A DNA stretch of 64,000 nucleotides from positions 1,529,983 through 1,593,982 of the forward strand of contig CP121331.1 in the NCBI GenBank assembly GCA_043511425.1. The letters run 5' to 3'. Under the pieces are notes generated by a model that ran no database searches, was not told where the DNA came from, and saw nothing but the letters and a program-made list of their open reading frames with translations. Origin of the DNA: Sphingobacteriales bacterium. GTDB taxonomy: Bacteria > Bacteroidota > Bacteroidia > NS11-12g > UBA9320. Below are positions 1 to 7,172 of this stretch, piece after piece. Positions within the stretch are counted from its first letter, which is position 1. The number at the start of each line of letters is the position of its first letter. The translations under genes and the position numbers were made by a program.

Positions 1-596
1 ACGGCTTGGGGTTTGTGCTCAGTGTCATTGCCACCAGCCTACTCCTCGCTAAGGCAGAAAGCACCGTATCCACGGTAAGTGCACTCGTGTACGGTGTTAG
101 TCTGATGACGCTCTATGCAGCCTCTACCCTCTACCACAGTGCCACGAAACCCAAACTCCGTAACCGCCTCAATATCTTTGACCACGCTGCTATATACGTG
201 CTCATAGCAGGTACCTACACGCCTTTTTGCTTGATTACGCTGGCGGGTAAACCCGGATGGATTTTGTTTGGATGTGTGTGGTCTTTTGCGCTCGTAGGCG
301 TCATCCTCAAGTTGTTTTTTACCGGTAGGTATGATCGCCTCAGTACGTTGATGTACATCTTTATGGGCTGCATGGTCCTCTTCGCTATCCAGCCTCTCAT
401 GGCTAATCTGCCTACAGAAGGACTGTACTGGCTTATGGGTGGTGGAGTTTCCTACATCGTAGGCGCAGGCTTTTACAGCTTTCCGCAGCGCATCCGCTAT
501 AACCACGCTATTTTCCATGTATTTGTGTTGGTGGGTAGTTTTTGTCATTTTTGGTCGGTGTATGGTTGGGTGATCTCGGTACAAAAGCATTTTTAA
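1..596 (+). CDS. Hemolysin III / PAQR family membrane protein, 5'-truncated by the window edge. The last ~20 nt run into the first repeat unit.
   Basis: ORF 6..596, 7-TM hydrophobic profile, and the conserved HxxxH-like C-terminal region (HAIFHVFVLVGSFCHFW) typical of the YqfA/Hly-III family. Confidence 0.7.
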   Translation, partial: GLGFVLSVIATSLLLAKAESTVSTVSALVYGVSLMTLYAASTLYHSATKPKLRNRLNIFDHAAIYVLIAGTYTPFCLITLAGKPGWILFGCVWSFALVGVILKLFFTGRYDRLSTLMYIFMGCMVLFAIQPLMANLPTEGLYWLMGGGVSYIVGAGFYSFPQRIRYNHAIFHVFVLVGSFCHFWSVYGWVISVQKHF

Positions 597-1000
597 TGCT
601 TTCACTCGATCTGACAAGCGTCTTCGCTATTGCCTTTTGGGTTGTTCTCTTCTCGGTACAAAAGCATTTTTGATGCTTTCACTCGATCTGACAACCATTC
701 TTTAACTGCAATTCTCGGCATAAAAGCCTCTTTGAGTGATGGCTTGTCTGTTCTCGGTACAGCCTCATCTTCGATGAGTGCCACTCGAACTGACAAGCGT
801 CTTCGTGACTACTTTCGGCTGTCGGGGCGTTGTCACTTCGAGTGATGTTTGCCGAAGGCGAAATCGTACCGAGAAGGGACAAGCGTCTTCGCATCAGCAG
901 TTCAGGTAGTTGGGAGGTTGTCACTTCGAGTGATATTCGCCAGAGGCGAAATCGTACCGAGAAGGGACAAGCATCTCAACTTCTCTTTGAACTTCTTCGC
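575..1000. repeat. Repeat cluster 1. Units: X (577-650), truncated X (651-700), a linker containing the conserved leader TGATGGCTTGTCTGTTCTCGGTAC (727-750), X (741-822), Y (826-912), and a truncated Y (913-985).
   Basis: Direct sequence comparison with clusters at 2769-2990 and 3297-4140. Shared blocks are CTCGGTAC, GACAAGCGTCTTCG, GTCACTTCGAGTGAT and CGTACCGAGAAGG. Confidence 0.85.
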
Positions 1001-1052
1001 AGGGTGTTCTCCTATTCGTGTATCTTTGTAACACTGAGGACCTTGCTAAACA

Positions 1053-2768
1053 TTGGAAGACCTCACACTATCTTTTATGACGAAACACAAATCACACTCC
1101 CGCACCAGAGCCCAAGAAAGTACCGGTGCCATACAACGCCTTTTTGTAACCATGCGCCACCTTTTTAATAGAGGCTTCTACAAACCCATGGGGGTCAGTG
1201 GCGAGACACTGCGTGAATCACTGCTTATCCTTAGTCCAGAGATCTACGGCAGTATCGCACAAGAAAAGGTAGAACTGGACGGATTACTCTACGTGATAGA
1301 CCGCCTACCGGAAGGTATAGAAGAGTGCAGATACATCAACCTGACCAGCGATGAGGGCTACTCTGATACGCACTTCACTCCCATCATACCACCGAAGCGT
1401 AGACGAAACTGCTACCGCATAGATGCCGAGCAGATGAATATAGAAATCACCCGAGGCCGCTCTGAAATCTACGATATCCTCACCCACCTTACCTTTCTAT
1501 TCATAGAGAGCCATAAGATTATGAAGCAGGTGCTTATCAATGACAAGGGCGATGTGAACCGCGATTGGCTCAAGCTAGAAGCGGCATCTCTGCAAAAGAA
1601 AAACCTAACCAAAGACGAACGTGAGGTAGCACTATCTCATACCGCCAACATTCTTGGACGCACCTTCAAAGAGGTCAGTGGCGTGTATGACAAGTTTAGC
1701 AGTGCTGAGAAGCCTGAGCGTTTCTTGGACATCATCTACTGGCTAGGAAAACTAGCGTTAGACGAGATACTGCACGAAAACAAACGTACGGTTACTTTTA
1801 GTTCGGTCCTGCGAGAGACCCTCGGGCAGCACATCCACGGCGAACGATGGGCAGACAACATCAAGGCAACACTGCACAAGCAAGGACTTCTGAACCGACC
1901 CATTCACATCATCAGCGCGAATATGCACAGTGTGCAAAACACACTCTACGCTCCAGAAGTGCTCAAAACCAAACTGAAAGGGCAATCTAAACTCCAAATT
2001 TTTGAAGAACTCAGCGCCCATTCACGACATCGAGATTCGGTCATAAAAGTAGCGACCAAAGAAGGAATGACATTCCTCAACGATACAAGCGGAAGCAACA
2101 TCGACGTACAGATTTTTGACACGGCTAAGTACACCACTGGAGCATACGCAGATAAAATAAAGCACCTCGATGCTGCCAATAAGCCTGTCATCGTCGTGAT
2201 GGACTACGCTTTTGGGGAGCAAGCCTATGAAACCATGGATGAACTACTCAAGCCGTACAAACCGGATGAAGATACTGTAATGTACCTTCAGGTGGCATCC
2301 ATCTCTATCATGGGTAAGGCGGGTATACTCACGGGTGGTAAGGGAGATATCATGATTCCTTCGTCTCACATTTTTGAAGGCTCTGCAGATAATTATCCGT
2401 TTGAAAACGGACTTCAGGTAGCCGATCTAGAAGGACATCATATAGGCGTGTACAGCGGCGCTATGATATCTGTACTCGGCACATCACTGCAAAACAAAGA
2501 TTTACTACGCTACTTCAATAGAAGTACCTGGGGAGTGATAGGGCTAGAGATGGAAGGAGCTCACTACCAAAAAGCGATACAAGCAGCTTCCAAGATACGA
2601 AAAAGCATCAGTCCGGATGTACGTGTAAACTACGCCTACTATGCGAGTGATAATCCGCTAGAAACAGGGAGCACACTGGCGAGTGGAGGACTCGGCACTA
2701 CCGGGGTGAAACCGACGTACCTCATCACGGAAAAGATATTGGATCAGGTGTTTGGTCCTTCTCGGTAA
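1053..2768 (+). CDS. Protein of 571 aa or less with a C-terminal nucleoside-phosphorylase (PNP/UDP_1) fold, AMP-nucleosidase-like. The N-terminal ~330 aa are not recognised. The true start may be an internal Met.
   Basis: C-terminal region has the hallmark G-x-I-G-L-E-M-E-G-A motif (GVIGLEMEGAHY) and GKAGILTGGKGD. Spacing and the C-terminal tail (YASDNPLETG) resemble the AMP nucleosidase catalytic domain. No Shine-Dalgarno, as is usual for Bacteroidetes. Confidence 0.4.
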   Translation: MEDLTLSFMTKHKSHSRTRAQESTGAIQRLFVTMRHLFNRGFYKPMGVSGETLRESLLILSPEIYGSIAQEKVELDGLLYVIDRLPEGIEECRYINLTSDEGYSDTHFTPIIPPKRRRNCYRIDAEQMNIEITRGRSEIYDILTHLTFLFIESHKIMKQVLINDKGDVNRDWLKLEAASLQKKNLTKDEREVALSHTANILGRTFKEVSGVYDKFSSAEKPERFLDIIYWLGKLALDEILHENKRTVTFSSVLRETLGQHIHGERWADNIKATLHKQGLLNRPIHIISANMHSVQNTLYAPEVLKTKLKGQSKLQIFEELSAHSRHRDSVIKVATKEGMTFLNDTSGSNIDVQIFDTAKYTTGAYADKIKHLDAANKPVIVVMDYAFGEQAYETMDELLKPYKPDEDTVMYLQVASISIMGKAGILTGGKGDIMIPSSHIFEGSADNYPFENGLQVADLEGHHIGVYSGAMISVLGTSLQNKDLLRYFNRSTWGVIGLEMEGAHYQKAIQAASKIRKSISPDVRVNYAYYASDNPLETGSTLASGGLGTTGVKPTYLITEKILDQVFGPSR

Positions 2769-2990
2769 AGTCTCTTCTCGGTACAGCCTCATCTTCGATG
2801 AGAGCCACTCGAAGTGACAAGCGTCTTCGCGATTACCTCTCGGGTTGTTCATTTCTCGGTACAAAAGCATCTTCGATGCTTCCACTCGAACTGACAAGCG
2901 TCTTCGCGATTGCATTTCGGTTGTCGGGAGGTTGTCACTTCGAGTGATGTTTGCCAAAGGCGAAATCGTACCGAGAAGTGAGCAACCATT
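2769..2990. repeat. Repeat cluster 2: X (2770-2857), X (2858-2925), and a truncated Y (2930-2985) ending in the CAACCATT terminal signature.
   Basis: Same unit families as clusters 1 and 3. It begins on the stop codon of the upstream CDS. Confidence 0.85.
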
Positions 2991-3006
2991 TTCTTACTTT
3001 TGACTC

Positions 3007-3303
3007 ATGAAGGAGCATCGTTATTTTATTTACATCTTACTTTGTGGAGATGGCACCTACTATACTGGCGTTACCAATAATCTTGAGCGAAGAGAAGCCG
3101 AACACTTAGACGGGTATAATGAAAGCTCGTATACACATAATCGTCAACCTACGAAACTCGTCTATCACGAAGAATTTAAATTCATAGACAAAGCAATTGC
3201 TAGAGAAAAACAGGTCAAAAAGTGGTCTCAAAAAAAGAAGAAGGCACTGATAGATGACTATGCTGATAGGCTACCAACTTTATCCAAAAAGAAGTTTGAT
3301 TGA
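3007..3303 (+). CDS. Small GIY-YIG nuclease superfamily protein (UPF0213/YhbQ-like), 98 aa, embedded between repeat clusters.
   Basis: N-terminal YFIYILLCGDGTYYTGVTNNLERREAEH matches the GIY-YIG catalytic core (GIY...YTG...N...R...EH), and the C-terminus is lysine-rich. The stop codon overlaps the conserved repeat leader. Confidence 0.8.
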   Translation: MKEHRYFIYILLCGDGTYYTGVTNNLERREAEHLDGYNESSYTHNRQPTKLVYHEEFKFIDKAIAREKQVKKWSQKKKKALIDDYADRLPTLSKKKFD

Positions 3304-4140
3304 TGGCTTGTCTGTTCTCGGTACAAAAGCATCTTCGATGCTTCCACTCGAACTGACAAGCGTCTTCGCGATTGCATTTCGGTTCTCGGAGCGTTGTCAC
3401 TTCGAGTGATGTTTGCCGAAGGCGAAATCGTACCGAGAAGTGAACAAGCGTCTTCGCGATTACCTTTCGGGTTGTTCATTTCTCGGTACAAAAGCATCTT
3501 TGATGCTTTCACTCGAAGAGACAAGCGTCTTCGCATCAGCAGTTCAGGTAATTGGGGCGTTGTCACTTCGAGTGATGTTTGCCAAAGGCAAAATCGTACC
3601 GAGAAGGGACAAGCGTCTTCGTTATTACTTTCGGTTGTCGGGGCGTTGTCACTTCGAGTGATATTTGCCGAAGGCGAAATCGTACCGAGAAGGGACAAGC
3701 GTCTTCGCGATTGCATTTCGGTTGTCGGGGCGTTGTCACTTCGAGTGATATTTGCCGAAGGCGAAATCGTACCGAGAAGGGACAAGCGTCTTCGTTATTA
3801 CTTTCGGTTGTCGAGGCGTTGTCACTTCGAGTGATATTCGCCAAAGGCGAAATCGTACCGAGAAGGGACAAGCGTCTTCGCGATTGCCTTTCGGTTGTCG
3901 GGGCGTTGTCACTTCGAGTGATATTCGCCAAAGGCGAAATCGTACCGAGAAGGGACAAGCGTCTTCGCGATTGCATTTCGGTTCTCGGAGCGTTGTCACT
4001 TCGAGTGATGTTTGCCGAAGGCGAAATCGTACCGAGAAGTGAACAAGCGTCTTCGTTATTACTTTCGGTTATCGGGAGGTTGTCACTTCGAGTGATATTC
4101 GCCAACGGCGAAATCGTACCGAGAAGGGACAACCATTCCC
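3297..4140. repeat. Repeat cluster 3. Leader (3300-3323), X (3316-3383), Y (3392-3478), X (3479-3555), then 8 tandem Y units of 86-87 bp with unit starts near 3558, 3644, 3731, 3817, 3904, 3991 and 4078. The last unit is truncated at GACAACCATTCC.
   Basis: Near-identical 87-bp periodicity read directly from the sequence. The units are open in multiple frames on both strands, which explains the spurious long ORFs in the six-frame track. Confidence 0.9.
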
Positions 4141-4208
4141 TTCCGGCTAGTCCGCTTGGCAAGAAGTTATTTTAACGCATATATTTTAAAATGAGCTTGC
4201 TCCTAGCA

Positions 4209-5072
4209 CTAACTCAGATCTACCGTGCGTGTGTAAATGACTTTACTGTCTCGTATGACTTTTATCTCGTACGCATCATTGGTATATACTGAATTATCAA
4301 ACTGATACGTGAGTCTATGCGGTCCTTTTGTCAATCGCTCGTATCGGAACAACTCTCGCACCATTCTACCTTCCATATCAAACATGGCTATTTCCAGCTT
4401 ACAATCCTCCGAAAACTGAATGTTCATAGTACCCTTTACCGCTATGCGTGGCTCTGCGTCGTAATCATATGCATAGCCGCTAAATGTTTCTGGTTTAGGC
4501 AATGGCTTACCGGTGAGCTCAGAAACATAATTGCGCAAGTGTTCAGCATTCTCCTTCTCTTTATCATAAATATTTTCGAGATCATCCTCATCTATCAGCG
4601 TCCATACTGCCTTTTGCCCAAGGCTGGCTCCTACTTTATTTTTGGACATGTAGTTTACCAACTTATAGAGCTTTTCATCTGCCTTTCCCTTCAGTGTATA
4701 GGTAGATTCAGCATCCCCAGCGGCATCACTAGACTCCATACAGTTCCCATAAAAAGGAATCTCCTTAGTCGTACCCGGCATTAGCTTCGCCAGTAGGGGG
4801 CGAGTTACCACAATATTTTGCTCCTCGTCATGATCCGCAGTAAAAACCATACCCACAGGAATGCCGATGACTACAGCCTTGGAAGTATTATTCGTTAGCA
4901 CAGCTGTTATCGGCTGCTCATAGTGCACCGAGTTCTCATTGTGTACAAATTGGGCTGAAATGACCTTTGTAGTGATGGCTTGATCAATCCATATTTTATC
5001 AGGATCCGAGGATGTAAATGCGCTCAATACGAGCAAGCTAAGTGCGGTGAGGACGTGTTTTTTTTCAATCAT
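4209..5072 (-). CDS. Hypothetical secreted protein. The signal peptide starts at MIEKKHVLTALSLLVLSAF.
   Basis: ORF with an N-terminal signal peptide and no recognisable domain. The annotated start is placed at the internal Met before the hydrophobic segment. Confidence 0.4.
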   Translation of the reverse strand: MIEKKHVLTALSLLVLSAFTSSDPDKIWIDQAITTKVISAQFVHNENSVHYEQPITAVLTNNTSKAVVIGIPVGMVFTADHDEEQNIVVTRPLLAKLMPGTTKEIPFYGNCMESSDAAGDAESTYTLKGKADEKLYKLVNYMSKNKVGASLGQKAVWTLIDEDDLENIYDKEKENAEHLRNYVSELTGKPLPKPETFSGYAYDYDAEPRIAVKGTMNIQFSEDCKLEIAMFDMEGRMVRELFRYERLTKGPHRLTYQFDNSVYTNDAYEIKVIRDSKVIYTRTVDLS

Positions 5073-5310
5073 TTTCTTAATATTTTTAAGTGTTAAAAAT
5101 AGTTCGGGTAAAAAAATAATTTGATTGGGGAGCAGCCGTCTCATCTCCAAAATCGGAGGATTAACTCAAGCACGCTCAATTTTAGAACGTACCAATTCCT
5201 CTAAATCGTAGGTATTGTTTTTAAAAATGTAGAATGTCACATTCCTCCAAAAAGGCTGAGACCTATTTAAACGCAGGTTTCGGTCTATGTATTCACGACT
5301 GTAGCACTCA

Positions 5311-7047
5311 CTAAATTCTACTCTGATAGGTGTACAGTTCGTAGTATCTTCCTTTTTTGTCTAACAGCTCTTGGTGCTTGCCACGTTCTGCAATATGACC
5401 ATCTTCTATCACTAGAATCTGATCTGCTTGCTGTATGGTACTCAGCCTGTGTGCGATTACAAAGGTGGTGCGGTCTTTCATCAGCACGTTTAGACTTTTT
5501 TGGATAAAGCTCTCACTCTCCGTATCCAGGTTACTGGTAGCCTCATCTAGAATAATGACTTTAGGATCTGCGAGCAATGCTCTAGCTATAGAGATACGCT
5601 GACGTTGACCACCGCTTAACTTTACTCCTCGCTCTCCGATTACAGTCTCTAGTCCATCCTCAAATCTATCGGTAAACTCGTTCACATAAGCCCCTTCTAC
5701 TGCTGCCTGCACTTCTGCTTCCGTAGCATCTGGCCGTGGGAAAAGGATGTTTTCTCTGATGGTCCCTTCGTACAAGAAATCATCCTGTAGGACCACACCG
5801 AGGTGTTGCCTAAAGCTATTTAGGTTTACATGAGCCAAGTCTTTGCCATCCATAGTCACTTTTCCACTCACTGGGTTCAGGAAGGTCGCCGCTAAGCCTG
5901 CTATGGTAGACTTCCCACTACCACTACTACCCACGAGTGCAGTCACACTTCCTGCATTGGCCTCAAAACTGATATCATGGAGTACTTCTTTATCTTCCTC
6001 GTAGCTAAAACTAACATTGTCAAAAACTATATTCCCTTGAATATCTTCCAAGACTACGTGACGTACTTCTGGATCATCCTCTTCGGTCATATTCATCAGT
6101 TCCTGTGTACGGTCTAGACCTGCTAATGCTTCGGTAAGCTGACTGCCGATATTACTCATCTGTACGATAGGTGCTACCATAAATCCTAGAAACAGTAAAA
6201 AGGAGACTAACTCTCCTGCCGTCATACTACCTACCATGATAAAGTAGCCGCCCATTCCCATAATACCAACGGTAGCCATCCCGAGTAAGAAAGTACTGGA
6301 GCTCGTCATTAATGCTGTGGCCGTCAGACTCTTTTTAACGTTTTGGTACAATCGGTCTACCCCTGCTTCAAATCCTTTATTCTCTTGTTCCTCTGCATTG
6401 AAACCTTTGATGACACGGACTCCATTTAGGGTTTCGGTTAATCTCCCGGTGACTTCTGCATTGATCTTTCCACGTTCCCGAAAAATCGGACGTATATACC
6501 CAAACGCTTTTAGAGCAATAAACCCAAATAACCCTACGGGCAAGAACACAAACAGCGTCATCATAGCGTTGATTTTAATTAAAAATGCAAAGGCAACTAC
6601 TGCCGTCACTGTCCCTCCTATGAGCTGTACCAAACCCGTACCTACTAGGTTTCGGACACCTTCTACATCACTCATCACTCGACTTACCAGTGCTCCACTT
6701 TTATTGTTATCAAAGAAAGCTATGGGCAGTGTGAGTAGTTTTCGCTGCACCCGAGCACGCAACTGCGCGATGAGTAACTGTGCCTCTACACTCAGGAGTC
6801 TGGTGAGAATAAATGAAGTAGCTGCTTGGATCAAAATAGCACCTGCTACCATAAAAATAAGCTGCCACAGTGCGGAGACATCTCCACTTGGCACTACAAC
6901 ATCAAGCAGATTTTTCGTCTCATAAGGCAATACTAATCCTGACAAACTGCGAATGACAATAAATATCAATCCGATAGCCAGCATTTTTCTGCGAGGCCAT
7001 ACGTATTCTTTCAATGCCCAAGTGAGGGACACTTTTTTCTTACTCAT
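5311..7047 (-). CDS. ABC transporter with fused permease and ATPase domains (MsbA/lipid-A-export-like exporter).
   Basis: 6-TM N-terminal domain; Walker A GSSGSGKST, ABC signature LSGGQRQR, Walker B ILDEATS, and H-loop. Confidence 0.85.
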   Translation of the reverse strand: MSKKKVSLTWALKEYVWPRRKMLAIGLIFIVIRSLSGLVLPYETKNLLDVVVPSGDVSALWQLIFMVAGAILIQAATSFILTRLLSVEAQLLIAQLRARVQRKLLTLPIAFFDNNKSGALVSRVMSDVEGVRNLVGTGLVQLIGGTVTAVVAFAFLIKINAMMTLFVFLPVGLFGFIALKAFGYIRPIFRERGKINAEVTGRLTETLNGVRVIKGFNAEEQENKGFEAGVDRLYQNVKKSLTATALMTSSSTFLLGMATVGIMGMGGYFIMVGSMTAGELVSFLLFLGFMVAPIVQMSNIGSQLTEALAGLDRTQELMNMTEEDDPEVRHVVLEDIQGNIVFDNVSFSYEEDKEVLHDISFEANAGSVTALVGSSGSGKSTIAGLAATFLNPVSGKVTMDGKDLAHVNLNSFRQHLGVVLQDDFLYEGTIRENILFPRPDATEAEVQAAVEGAYVNEFTDRFEDGLETVIGERGVKLSGGQRQRISIARALLADPKVIILDEATSNLDTESESFIQKSLNVLMKDRTTFVIAHRLSTIQQADQILVIEDGHIAERGKHQELLDKKGRYYELYTYQSRI

Positions 7048-7172
7048 ACTCCCTTAGATGCTAAAAGTAAGCCAAAGCAAAAGGATGACTTATCGGCAGA
7101 AAAGAGGTGTAAATACGTAGCACGAAGCAAAGAAATCCTCTATGCACGCTGAGATTATTCTAGTGTATATTT

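Noticed and set aside
575-4140. CRISPR array
   Set aside because: The repeats are about 87 bp. The whole unit repeats, including what would be the spacers, so there are no unique spacers. Two unit types are present in mixed order. No cas genes are present.
3258-4175. Long ORFs on both strands through the repeat array (3258..3785, 3394..3834, 3413..3661, 3563..4162, 3579..4175, 3736..3999, 3752..4042). Also 602..796, 630..845, 679..924, 830..1168, 849..1031 and 2658..2957.
   Set aside because: They are translations of the 86/87-bp repeats. They occur on both strands and in several phases at once, have no start context, and yield repetitive peptides. They are treated as non-coding repeat DNA.
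4317-4784. 155-aa ORF antisense to 4209..5072
   Set aside because: It is embedded antisense to the gene at 4209-5072 and gives a hydrophobic low-complexity translation. It is likely spurious.
6317-6925. 202-aa ORF antisense inside the ABC transporter gene
   Set aside because: It is entirely embedded antisense in a well-supported ABC exporter CDS. It has no domain signal.
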